A stretch of 20,000 bases of DNA. Source: Mayamaea pseudoterrestris. Lineage: Eukaryota. Below are positions 1-13,300 of the stretch, piece after piece. The stretch lies in assembly GCA_027923505.1 (NCBI GenBank), contig BROI01000008.1:1099185-1119184 (forward strand), written 5' to 3'. The notes beneath the pieces were generated by a model. That model searched no databases and was not told where the DNA came from. It saw nothing but the letters and a program-made list of their open reading frames with translations. A program made the position numbers and the translations under genes. Position 1 is the stretch's first letter; every line of letters starts with the position of its first letter.

Positions 1-1060
1 CATCCCTTGAGCCAAATAGTGAGAAGGCGATTGTCGTCCATCCAGTCGTATACTTCATTTGGCAGCCCCGTAAAGGCGATGCAGTGCGCTTTCAACTGCT
101 CGGCTGTAGTGCAGACGGCCGGATCCAATGGTAAACCGATCGGCATGCCGTGGTTTGGAGGGAGAAAGAAGCACCCCAAATCTTTGTTGTCGAATGCTGT
201 AACTCTCTATCGGTGGCGTACGCTAAAACTGGCTTTTCTCCATATTGATATAAAGGCGGGCCCTCCCAGTGGCCAGTGCCTCCAATAAGCTCGTGCTCGA
301 ACGAGCCTGCGTCTGGCAGTTCTTCCTCGTGAATGCAGAGCATCACAGGTTGTAGCATCTTGTCACCGCGCGGAAATACAGCCATGTCCATCTTGATTTC
401 CTCGAACCATTCTTCACGTGTAGACTGCAATGGGGCTCGTGTTTGCCTTGATAGACTCGCGAGGATTGGAACCATTGCTTGAGGCGCGTCAAACCCGCTG
501 GGTGATAGCAAGAGTGTCGGCTCGACCGGGTCGTCAGTATCCGACAGACCTTCATTATCCATCTCTGGTCCATTGGTAACTGAATGGCCGAGCTTTGTGT
601 CATGGAGAGAATACTTTTCGCCAAGCGCCGTTCCTGACGGCATGGCTGAGCAAATGATAACCAGCTGCTCTTTTCCTGGGTGCGTTTCATCAGCGCCCGG
701 GGCTCCTGCGCCCGAGTACTGCTTGCGTAAGGATGAGAGTGTCAAGATGCCTCCAATATTTTCCGTCGTTAAGAGCTTGAGGCGAGTAGGCGTTCCATGC
801 CACATGTGTTTTCCATCACCGTCGAGGCCTTCCTGCTTGGTCATCTCCTTGTTCAAAGCGTAAACTTCCTCCTTCGTCAGGACCACCTGCCCTTCAGTCC
901 AACCATCAATCTGCAACTCCATAGCTGCGGCTCTCTCCTCTCTCTTGGGCGTCTCCTCCCCCAGCCACGTAGTCGAGGCCTTGGTTTGGATCGGCAAACG
1001 GAAAGCAGGCGAAGCGCCCCCAAACTCTTTGAGAGCTCCAGGGAAACGGACGAGCGTCAT
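1..1060 (-). CDS. Hypothetical protein, 3'-partial (runs off the left edge), with a probable 1-nt frameshift at ~203-205; possibly an ORF of a transposable element
   Basis: Open frame 92..1255. The likely start is ATG at 1060 (MTLVRFPGALKEF...), because 1061-1255 is pyrimidine-rich on the minus strand and looks like UTR. From ~203 a second minus frame is open to position 1 (VTAFDNKDLGCFFLPPNHGMPIGLPLDPAVCTTAEQLKAHCIAFTGLPNEVYDWMDDNRLLTIWLKG) and has a TAG just upstream, which places the shift. No domain recognised. Confidence 0.5.
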
Positions 1061-1261
1061 GATCAAGAAAACGAGAGAATAGGGAGCAAAGAAAACGCGG
1101 TTCGAGCAACAAAGGCAAGAACAAACAACAGAGAGCTTGCTAGACAACAACAAGGTCGGCAAGCTAACCAAAGGAATGGGAGGCAACCCGATCAACATCG
1201 GCATGTGGTCTGCCCGTTGTCGGTAGCTGTTCCCATTCTTCTCTCCCCGCACCACTGATGA

Positions 1262-1340
1262 TGTGACTATCGATCACAGTGTACTCATAAGGGTATCTTA
1301 TGAGTGTCCCCAAGGCAGTCTCCTCAAAGCATCCGCCCTG
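1262..1340 (-). other. Cluster of three adjacent hairpins upstream of the minus-strand ORF
   Basis: TGTGA(1262-66)/TCACA(1274-78); ACTCATAAG(1283-91)/CTTATGAGT(1297-1305), a perfect 9-bp stem; 1311-1318/1333-1340 pairs fully only on the minus strand, using G-U (CAGGGCGG/CUGCCUUG). Confidence 0.55.
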
Positions 1341-1347
1341 AGCCGGA

Positions 1348-4300
1348 CCATGGCATGCTCAGAATCATGCTAGCAAGGTTGGATCATCACATAAATCCCA
1401 ACTGAAACTTTGCTGTGTTTGGCACATGGAGCACCCTCCTTGTTTCAGTCTCAGTCACACCACAGCCACTGCCAGAATAGCTGCTGTTTTCAAAGTTCCG
1501 AGCCTTGGACCTTGTCAAGCACCTTCTGTGGATTGCAGTAACAGGTTCAGATTATTGCTGGCCAGGTTGCATCACTATACAAATCCCATCTGAAACTTTG
1601 ATGTGGTGGAACCACTTGGAGGAACCTACTAGCTATATTCATGCTTGACCACTGGCTGACTGGCTTCCAAATTGGAACATCTCAACCTTTGACTTTGTCA
1701 AACATCTTATCCTGATTGCCATGGCATGCTCAGAATCATGCTAGCAAGGTTGGATCATCACATAAACCCCATCTGAAACTTTGCTGTGTTTGGCACATGG
1801 AACACCCTACTTGATTCAGTCGCATTCACACCACAGCCACTGCCAGAATAGCTGCTGTTTTCAAAGTTCCAAGCCTTCAACCTTGTGAAACACCTTCTGT
1901 GGATTGCAGTAGCAGGTTCAGAATCTTGCTGGCCAGGTTGCATCACTATACAAATTCCATCTGAAACTATGATGTGGTGGAACCACTTGGAGGAACCTAC
2001 TTGCTATATTCACGCTTGACCACTGGCTGACTGGCTTCCAAATTGGAACATCTCAACCTTTGACTTTGTCAAACATCTTATCCTAATTGCCATGGCATGC
2101 TCAGAATCATGCTAGCAAGGTTGGATCATCACATAAATCCCAACTGAAACTTTGCTGTGTTTGGCACATGGAGCACCCTACTTGTTTCAGTCTCAGTCAC
2201 ACCACAGCCACTGCCAGAATAGCTGCTGTTTTCAAAGTTCCAAGTCTTGGACCTTGTCAAGCACCTTATGAGGATTGCAGTAGCAGGTTCAGATTCTTGC
2301 TGGCCAGGTTGCATCACTATACAAATCCCATCTGAAACTTTGATGTGGTGGAACCACTTGGAGGAACCTACTTGCTATATTCACACTTGACCACTGGCTG
2401 ACTGGCTTCCAAATTGGAACATCTCAACCTTTGACTTTGTCAAACATCTTATCCTGATTGCCATGCCATGCTCAGAATCATGCTAGCAAGGTTGGATCAT
2501 CACAAAAATCCCAACTGAAACTTTGCTGTGTTTGGCACATGGAGCACCCTACTTGTTTCAGTCTCAGTCACACCCCAGCCACTGCCAGAATAGCTGCTGT
2601 TTTCAAAGTTTCAAGCCTTGGACCTTGTCAAGCACCTTCTGTGGAATGCAGTAGCAGGTTCAGAATCTTGCTGGCCAGGTTGCATCACTATACAAATCCC
2701 ATCTGAAACTTTGATGTGGTGGAACCACTTGGAGAAACCTACTTGCTATATTCACGCATAACCACCAACTGACTGGCTTCCAAATTGGAACATCTCAACC
2801 TTTGACTTTGTCAAACATCTTATCCTGATTGCCATGGCATGCTCAGAATCATGCTAGCAAGGTTGGATCATCACATAAATCCCATCTGAAACTTTGCTGT
2901 GTTTGGCACATGGAACACCCTACTTGATTCAGTCGCATTCACACCACAGCCACTGCCAGAATAGCTGCTGTTTTCAAAGTTCCAAGCCTTCAACCTTGTG
3001 AAACACCTTCTGTGGATTGCAGTAGCAGGTTCAGAATCTTGCTGGCCAGGTTGCATCACTATACAAATTCCATCTGAAACTATGATGTGGTGGAACCACT
3101 TGGAGGAACCTACTTGCTATATTCACGCTTGACCACTGGCTGACTGGCTTCCAAATTGGAACATCTCAACCTTTGACTTTGTCAAACATCTTATCCTAAT
3201 TGCCATGGCATGCTCAGAATCATGCTAGCAAGGTTGGATCATCACATAAATCCCAACTGAAACTTTGCTGTGTTTGGCACATGGAGCACCCTACTTGTTT
3301 CAGTCTCAGTCACACCACAGCCACTGCCAGAATAGCTGCTGTTTTCAAAGTTCCAAGCCTTGGACCTTGTCAAGCACCTTCTGCGGATTGCAGTAGCAGG
3401 TTCAGATTCTTGCTGGCCAGGTTGCATCACTATACAAATCCCATCTGAAACTTTGATGTGGTGGAACCACTTGGAGGAACCTACTTGCTATATTCACACT
3501 TGACCACTGGCTGACTGGCTTCCAAATTGGAACATCTCAACCTTTGACTTTGTCAGACATCTTATCCTGATTGCCATGCCATGCTCAGAATCATGCTAGC
3601 AAGGTTGGATCATCACAAAAATCCCAACTGAAACTTTGCTGTGTTTGGCACATGGAGCACCCTACTTGTTTCAGTCTCAGTCACACCACAGCCACTGCCT
3701 GAATAGCTGCTGTTTTCAAAGTTCCAAGCCTTGGACCTTGTCAAGCACCTTCTGCAGATTGCAGTAGCAGGTTCAGATTCTTGCTGGCCAGGTTGCATCA
3801 CTATACAAATCCCATCTGAAACTTTAAATGTGGTGGAACTACTTGTCGGAACCTACCTGCTATATTCATGCTTGACCACTGGCTGTCTGGCTTCCAAATT
3901 GGAACATCTCAACCTTTGACTTTGTCAAACATCTTATCCTGATTGCCATGGCATGGTCAGAATCATGCTAGCAAGGTTGGATCATCACATAAACCCCATC
4001 TGAAACTTTGCTGTGTTTGGCACATGGAACACCCTACTTGATTCAGTCGCATTCACACCACAGCCACTGCCAGAATAGCTGCTGTTTTCAAAGTTCCAAG
4101 CCTTGGACCTTGTCAAGCACCTTATGCGGATTGCAGTAGCAGGTTCAGAATCTTGCTGGCCAGGTTGCATCACTATACAAATATGAAACATAACACGAAT
4201 CACACATAACCACCACGTGACTGGCTTCCAAATTGGAACATCTCAACCTTTGACTTTGTCAAACATCTTATCCTGATTGCCATGGCATGCTCAGAATCAT

Positions 4301-7300
4301 GCTAGCAAGGTTGGATCATCACATAAATCCCAACTGAAACTTTGCTGTGTTTGGCACATGGAGCACCCTCCTTGTTTCAGTCTCAGTCACACCACAGCCA
4401 CTGCCAGAATAGCTGCTGTTTTCAAAGTTCCGAGCCTTGGACCTTGTCAAGCACCTTCAGTGGATTGCAGTAACAGGTTCAGATTATTGCTGGCCAGGTT
4501 GCATCACTATACAAATCCCATCTGAAACTTTGATGTGGTGGAACCACTTGGAGGAACCTACTAGCTATATTCACGCTTGACCACTGGCTGACTGGCCTCC
4601 AAATTGGAACATCTCAACCTTTGACTTTGTCAAACATCTTATCCTGATTGCCATGGCATGCTCAGAATCATGCTAGCAAGGTTGGATCATCACATAAACC
4701 CCATCTGAAACTTTGCTGAGTTTGGCACATGGAGCACCCTCCTTGTTTCAGTCTCAGTCACACCACAGCCACTGCCAGAATAGCTGCTGTTTTCAAAGTT
4801 CCAAGCCTTGGACCTTGTCAAGCACCTTCTGCGGATTGCAGTAGCAGGTTCAGATTCTTGCTGGCCAGGTTGCATCACTATACAAATCCCATCTGAAACT
4901 TTAAATGTGGTGGAACTACTTGTCGGAACCTACCTGCTATATTCATGCTTGACCACTGGCTGACTGGCTTCCAAATTGGAACATCTCAACCTTTGACTTT
5001 GTCAAACATCTTATCCTGATTGCCATGGCATGCTCAGAATCATGCTAGCAAAGTTGGATCATCACATAAATCCCAACTGAAACTTTGCTGTGTTTGGCAC
5101 ATGGAGCACCCTACTTGTTTCAGTCTCAGTCACACCACAGCCACTGCCAGAATAGCTGCTGTTTTCAAAGTTCCAAGCCTTGGACCTTGTCAAGCACCTT
5201 CTGCGGATTGCAGTAGCAGGTTCAGATTCTTGCTGGCCAGGTTGCATCACTATACAAAGTCCATCTGAAACTTTGATGTGGTGGAACCACTTGGAGGAAC
5301 CTACTAGCTATATTCACGCTTGACCACTGGCTGACTGGCTTCCAAATTGGAACATCTCAACCTTTGACTTTGTCAAACATCTTATCCTGATTGCCATGGC
5401 ATGCTCGGAATCATGCTAGCAAGGTTGGATCATCACATAAATCCCAACTGAAACTTTGCTGTGTTTGGCACATGGAGCACCCTACTTGTTTCAGTCTCAG
5501 TCACACCACAGCCAATGCCAGAATAGCTGCTGTTTTCAAAGTTCCAAGCCTTGGACCTTGTGAAGCACCTTCTGTGGATTGCAGTAGCAGGTTCAGGTTC
5601 TTGCTGGCTAGGTTGCATCACTATACAAATCCCATCTGAAACTATGATGTGGTGGAACCACTTGTAGGAACCACTTGTAGGAACCTACTTGCTATATTCA
5701 CGCATAACTACCGACTGACTGGCTTCAAAATTGGAACATCTCAACCTTTGACTTTGTCAAACATCTTATCCTGATTGCCATGGCATGCACAGAATCATGC
5801 TAGCAAGATTGGATCATCACATAAATCCCAACTGAAACTTTGCTGTGTTTGGCACATGGAACACCCTACTTGTTTTAGTCTCAGTCACACCACAGCCACT
5901 GCCAGAATGGCTGCTGTTTTTAAAGTTCCAAGCCTTGGACCTTGTCAAGCACCCTCTGCAGATTGCAGTAGCAGGTTCAGAATCTTGCTGGCCAGGTTGC
6001 ATCACTATACAAATCCCATCTGAAACTTTGATGTGGTGGAACCACTTGTAGGAACCTACTTGCTTTATTCACGCTTAACCACTGGCTGACTGGCTTCCAA
6101 ACTGAAACATCTCAACCTTTGACTTTGTCAAACATCTTATCCTGATTGCCATGGCATGCACAGAATCATGCTAGCAAGGTTGGATCATCACATAAATCCC
6201 AACTGAAACTTTGCTGAGTTTGGCACATGGAGCACCCTCCTTGTTTCAGTCTCAGTCACACCACAGCCACTGCCAGAATAGCTGCTGTTTTCAAAGTTCC
6301 AAGCCTTGGACCTTGTCAAGCACCTTCTGCGGATTGCAGTAGCAGGTTCAGAATCTTGCTGGCCAGGTTGCATCACTATACAAACCCCATCTGAAACTTT
6401 GATGTGGTGGAACCACTTGTAGGAACCTACTTGCTATATTCACGCATAACCACCGACTGACTGGCTTAAAAATTGGAACATCTCAACCTTTGACTTTGTC
6501 AAACATCTTATCCTGATTGCCATGCCATGCTCAGAATCATGCTAGCAAGGTTGGATCATCACATAAATCCCAACTGAAACTTTGCTGTGTTTGGCACATG
6601 GAGCACCCTACTTGTTTCAGTCTCAGTCACACCACAGCCACTGCCAGAATAGCTGCTGTTTTCAAAGTTCCAAGCCTTGGACCTTGTCAAGCACCTTCTG
6701 CGGATTGCAGTAGCAGGTTCAGAATCTTGCTGGCCAGGTTGCATCACTATACAAATTCCATCTGAAACTTTGATGTGGTGGAACCACTTGTAGGAACCTA
6801 CTTGCTATATTCACGCATAACCACCGACTGACTGGCTTCCAAATTGGAACATCTCAACCTTGGACTTTGTCAAACATCTTATCCTGATTGCCATGGCATG
6901 CTCAGAATCATGCTAGCAAGGTTGGATCATCACATAAATCCCAACTGAAACTTTGCTGTGTTTGGCACATGGAGCACCCTACTTGTTTCAGTCTCAGTCA
7001 CATCACAGCCACTGCCAGAATAGCTGCTGTTTTCAAAGTTCCAAGCCTTGGACCTTGTCAAGCACCATCTGCGGACTGCAGTAGCAGGTTCAGATTCTTG
7101 CTGGCCAGGTTGCATCACTATACAAATCCCATCTGAAACTTTGATGTGGTGGAACCACTTGTAGGAACCTACTTGCTTTATTCACGCATAACCACTGGCT
7201 GACTGGCTTCCAAATTGGAACATCTCAACGTTTGACTTTGTCAAACATCTTATCCTGATTGCCATGGCATGCTCAGAATCATCATGCTAGCAAGGTTGGA

Positions 7301-10300
7301 TCATCACATAAATCCCAACTGAAACTTTGCTGTGTTTGGCACATGGAGCACCCTCCTTGTTTCAGTCTCAGTCACACCACAGCCACTGCCAGAATAGCTG
7401 CTGTTTTCAAAGTTCCAAGCCTTGGACCTTGTCAAGCACCTTCAGTGGATTGCAGTAGCAGGTTCAGATTCTTGCTGGCCAGGTTGCATCACTATACAAA
7501 TCCCATCTGAAACTTTGATGTGGTGGAACCACTTGTAGGAACCTACTAGCTATATTAACGCTTGACCACCGACTGACTGGCTTCCAAATTGGAACATCTC
7601 ACCCTTTGACTTTGTCAAACATCTTATGCTGATTGCCATGGCATGCTCAGAATCATCATGCTAGCAAGGTTGGATCATCACATAAATCCCAACTGAAACT
7701 TTGCTGTGTTTGGCACATGGAACACCCTACTTGTTTCAGTCTCAGTCACACCACAGCCACTGCCAGAATAGCTGCTGTTTTCAAAGTTCCAAGCCTTGGA
7801 CCTTGTCAAGCACCTTCTGTGGACTGCAGTAGCAGGTTCAGAATCTTGCTGGCCAGGTTGCATCACTATACAAATCCCATCTGAAACTTTGATGTGGTGG
7901 AACCACTTGTAGGAACCTACTTGCTATATTCACGCTTGACCACTGGCTGACTGGCTTCCAAATTGAAACATCTCAACATTTGACTTTGTCAAACATCTTA
8001 TCCTAATTGCCATGGCATGCTCAGAATCATGCTAGCAAGGTTGGATCATCAAATAAATCCCAACTGAAACTTTGCTGTGTTTGGCACATGGAGCACCCTA
8101 CTTGTTTCAGTCTCAGTCACACCACAGCCACTGCCAGAATAGCTGCTGTTTTCAAAGTTCCAAGCCTTCAACCTTGTTAAGCACCTTCTGGGGAATGCAG
8201 TAGCAGGTTCAGAATCTTGCTGGCCAGGTTGCATCACTATACAAAGTCCATCTGAAACTTTGATGTGGTGGAACCACTTGTAGGAACCTACTTGCTATAT
8301 TCACGCTTGACCACTGGCTGACTGGCTTCCAAATTGGAACATCTCAACATTTGACTTTGTCAAACATCTTATCCTGATTGCCATGGCATGCTCAGAATCA
8401 TGCTAGCAAGGTTGGATCATCACATAAATCCCAACTGAAACTTTGCTGTGTTTGGCACATGGAGCACCCTCCTAGTTTCAGTCTCAGTCACACCACAGCC
8501 ACTGCCAGAATAGCTGCTGTTTTCAAAGTTCCAAGCCTTGGACCTTGTCAAGCACCATCTGTGGACTGCAGTAGCAGGTTCAGATTCCTGCTGGCCAGGT
8601 TGCATCACTATACAAATCCCATCTGAAACTTTGATGTGGTGGAACCACTTGTAGGAACCTACTTGCTATATTCACGCTTAACCACTGGCTGACTGGCTTC
8701 CAAATTGGAACATCTCAACATTTGACTATGTCAAACATCTTATCCTGATTGCCATGGCATGCTCAGAATCATGCTAGCAAGGTTGGATCATCACATAAAT
8801 CCCAACTGAAACTTTGCTGTGTTTGGCACATGGAACACCCTACTTGATTCAGTCGCATTCACACCACAGCCACTGCCAGAATAGCTGCTGTTTTCAAAGT
8901 TCCAAGCCTTCAACCTTGTCAAGCACCCTCTGCGGATTCCAGTAGCAGGTTCAGATTATTGCTGGCCAGGTTGCATCACTATACAAATCCAATCTGAATT
9001 TTTTATGTGGTGGAACCACTTGTAGGAACCTACTAGCTATATTCACGCTTGACCACTGGCTGACTGGCTTCAAAATTGGAACATCTCAACCTTTGACTTT
9101 GTCAAACATCTTATCCTGATTGCCATGGCATGCTCAGAATCATGCTAGCAAGGTTGGATCATCACATAAACCCCATCTGAAACTTTGCTGTGTTTGGCAC
9201 ATGCAACACCCTACTTGATTCAGTCGCATTCACACCACAGCCACTGCCAGAATAGCTGCTGTTTTCAAAGTTCCAAGCCTTCAACCTTGTGAAACACCTT
9301 CTGTGGATTGCAGTAGCAGGTTCAGAATCTTGCTGGCCAGGTTGCATCACTATACAAATTCCATCTGAAACTTTGATGTGGTGGAACCACTTGGAGGAAC
9401 CTACTTGCTATATTCACACTTGACCACTGGCTGACTGGCTTCCAAATTGGAACATCTCAACCTTTGACTTTGTCAAACATCTTATCCTGATTGCCATGGC
9501 ATGCTCAGAATCATGCTAGCAAGGTTGGATCATCACATAAATCCCAACTGAAACTTTGCTGTGTTTGGCACATGGAGCACCCTACTTGTTTCAGTCTCAG
9601 TCACACCACAGCCACTGCCAGAATAGCTGCTGTTTTCAAAGTTCCAAGCCTTGGACCTTGTCAAGCACCTTCTGCGAATTGCAGTAGCAGGTTCAGATTC
9701 TTGCTGGCCAGGTTGCATCACTATACAAATTCCATCTGAAACATTGATGTGGTGGAACCACTTGGAGGAACCTACTTGCTATATTCACGCTTGACCACTG
9801 GCTGACTGGCTTCCAAATTGGAACATCTCAACCTTTGACTTTGTCAAACATCTTATCCTAATTGCCATGGCATGCTCAGAATCATGCTAGCAAGGTTGGA
9901 TCATCACATAAACCCCATCTGAAACTTTGCTGTGTTTGGCACATGCAACACCCTACTTGATTCAGTCGCATTCACACCACAGCCACTGCCAGAATAGCTG
10001 CTGTTTTCAAAGTTCCAAGCCTTCAACCTTGTGAAACACCTTCTGTGGATTGCAGTAGCAGGTTCAGAATCTTGCTGGCCAGGTTGCATCACTATACAAA
10101 TTCCATCTGAAACTTTGATGTGGTGGAACCACTTGGAGGAACCTACTTGCTATATTCACACTTGACCACTGGCTGACTGGCTTCCAAATTGGAACATCTC
10201 AACCTTGGACTTTGTCAAACATCTTATCCTGATTGCCATGGCATGCTCAGAATCATGCTAGCAAGGTTGGATCATCACATAAATCCCAACTGAAACTTTG

Positions 10301-13300
10301 CTGTGTTTGGCACATGGAGCACCCTACTTGTTTCAGTCTCAGTCACACCACAGCCACTGCCAGAATAGCTGCTGTTTTCAAAGTTCCTAGCCTTGGACCT
10401 TGTCAAGCACCTTCTGCGAATTGCAGTAGCAGGTTCAGAGTCTTGCTGGCCAGGTTGCATCACTATACAAAGTCCATCTGAAACATTGATGTGGTGGAAC
10501 CACTTGGAGGAACCTACATGCTATATTAACGCTTGACCACTGGCTGACTGGCTTCCAAATTGGAACATCTCAACCTTTGACTTTGTCAAACATCTTATCC
10601 TGATTGCCATGGCATGCTCGGAATCATGCTAGCAAGGTTGGATCATCACATAAATCCCAACTGAAACTTTGCTGTGTTTGGCACATGGAGCACCCTACTT
10701 GTTTCAGTCTCAGTCACACCACAGCCACTGCCAGAATAGCTGCTGTTTTCAAAGTTCCAAGCCTTGGACCTTGTCAAGCACCTTCTGTGGACTTGCAGTA
10801 GCAGGTTCAGAATCTTGCTGGCCAGGTTGCATCACTATACAAATCCCATCTGAAACTTTGATGTGGTGGAACCACTTGTCGGAACCTACTTGCTATATTC
10901 ACAAATAACCACCAACTGACTGGCTTCAAAATTGGAACATCTCAACCTTGGACTTTGACAAACATCTTATCCTGATTGTCATGGCATGCTCAGAATCATG
11001 CTAGCAAGGTTGGATCATCACATAAATCCCAACTGAAACTTTGCTGTGTTTGGCACATGGAACACCCTACTTGTTTCAGTCTCAGTCACACCACAGCCAC
11101 TGCCAGAATAGCTGCTGTTTTCAAAGTTCCTAGCCTTGGACCTTGTGAAGCACCTTCTGTGGATTGCAGTAGCAGGTTCAGAGTCTTGCTGGCCAGGTCG
11201 CATCACTATACAAATCCCATCTGAAACTTTGATGTGGTGGAACCACTTGGAGAAACCTACTTGCTATATTCACGCATGACCACTGGCTGACTGGCTTCCA
11301 AATTGGAACATCTCAACATTTGACTTTGTCAAACATCTTATCCTGATTGCCATGGCATGCACAGAATCATGCTAGCAAGGTTGGATCATCACATAAATCC
11401 CAACTGAAACTTTGCTGAGTTTGGCACATGGAACACCCTACTTGTTTCAGTCTCAGTCACACCACAGCCACTGCCAGAATAGCTGCTGTTTTCAAAGTTC
11501 CAAGCCTTGGACCTTGTCAAGCACCTTCTGCGGATTGCAGTAGCAGGTTCAGATTATTGCTGGCCAGGTTGCATCACTATACAAATCCCATCTGAAACAC
11601 TTTGATGTGGTGGAACCACTTGGAGAAACCTACTTGCTATATTCACGCATAACCACCGACTGACTGGCTTCAAAATTGGAACATCTCAACCTTTGACTTT
11701 GTCAAACATCTTATCCTGATTGCCATGGCATGCACAGAATCATCATGCTAGCAAGATTGGATCATCACATAAATCCCAACTGAAACTTTGCTGAGTTTGG
11801 CACATGGAGCACCCTCCTTGTTTCAGTCTCAGTCACACCACAGCCACTGCCAGAATAGCTGCTGTTTTCAAAGTTCCAAGCCTTGGACCTTGTCAAGCAC
11901 CTTCTGCGGATTGCAGTAGCAGGTTCAGATTCTTGCTGGCCAGGTTGCATCACTATACAAATCCCATCTGAAACTTTGATGTGGTGGAACCACTTGGAGA
12001 AACCTACTTGCTATATTCACGCTTGACCACCGACTGACTGGTTTCCAAATTGGAACATCTCAACCTTGGGCTTTGACAAACATCTTATCCTGATTGCCAT
12101 GGCATGCTCAGAATCATGCTAGCAAGGTTGGATCATCACATAAATCCCAACTGAAACTTTGCTGTGTTTGGCACATGGAGCACCCTACTTGATTCAGTCT
12201 CAGTCACACCACAGCCACTGCCAGAATAGCTGCTGTTTTCAAAGTTCCTAGCCTTGGACCTTGTGAAGCACCTTCTGTGGATTGCAGTAGCAGGTTCAGA
12301 GTCTTGCTGGCCAGGTCGCATCACTATACAAATCCCATCTGAAACTTTGATGTGGTGGAACCACTTGGAGAAACCTACTTGCTATATTCACGCATGACCA
12401 CTGGCTGACTGGCTTCCAAATTGGAACATCTCAACATTTGACTTTGTCAAACATCTTATCCTGATTGCCATGGCATGCTCAGAATCATCATGCTAGCAAG
12501 GTTGGATCATCACATAAATCCCAACTGAAACTTTGCTGAGTTTGGCACATGGAGCACCCTCCTTGTTTCAGTCTCAGTCACACCACAGCCACTGCCAGAA
12601 TAGCTGCTGTTTTCAAAGTTCCAAGCCTTGGACCTTGTCAAGCACCTTCTGCGGATTGCAGTAGCAGGTTCAGATTCTTGCTGGCCAGGTTGCATCACTA
12701 TACAAATCCCATCTGAAACTTTGATGTGGTGGAACCACTTGGAGGAACCTACATGCTATATTCACGCTTGACCACTGGCTGACTGGCTTCCAAATTGGAA
12801 CATCTCAACCTTGGACTTTGTCAAACATCTTATCCTGATTGCCATGGCATGCTCAGAATCATGCTAGCAAGGTTGGATCATCACATAAATCCCAACTGAA
12901 ACTTTGCTGTGTTTGGCACATGGAGCACCTTCCTTGTTTCAGTCTCAGTCACACCACAGCCACTGCCAGAATAGCTGCTGTTTTCAAAGTTCCAAGCCTT
13001 GGACCTTGTCAAGCACCTTCTGCAGATTGCAGTAGCAGGTTCAGAATCTTGCTGGCCAGGTTGCATCACTATACAAATCCCATCTGAAACTTTGATGTGG
13101 TGGAACCACTTGTCGGAACCTACTTGCTATATTCACGAATAACCACCAACTGACTGGCTTCAAAATTGGAACATCTCAACCTTGGACTTTGACAAACATC
13201 TTATCCTGATTGCCATGGCATGCTCAGAATCATCATGCTAGCAAGGTTGGATCATCACATAAATCCCAACTGAAACTTTGCTGTGTTTGGCACATGCAAC

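Noticed and set aside
6..16. TTTGGCTCAAG on the minus strand, matching the end of the dinoflagellate spliced leader
   Set aside because: Only an 11-nt match, inside an open coding frame (IWLK), and the rest of the leader is absent.
1255..1305. Hammerhead ribozyme (CTGATGA followed by a stem), and hammerheads within the satellites
   Set aside because: No GAAA follows the stem at 1262-1278. The satellites have only incomplete cores (CTGAGACTGAAAC on the S1 minus strand, CTGATGC in S4).
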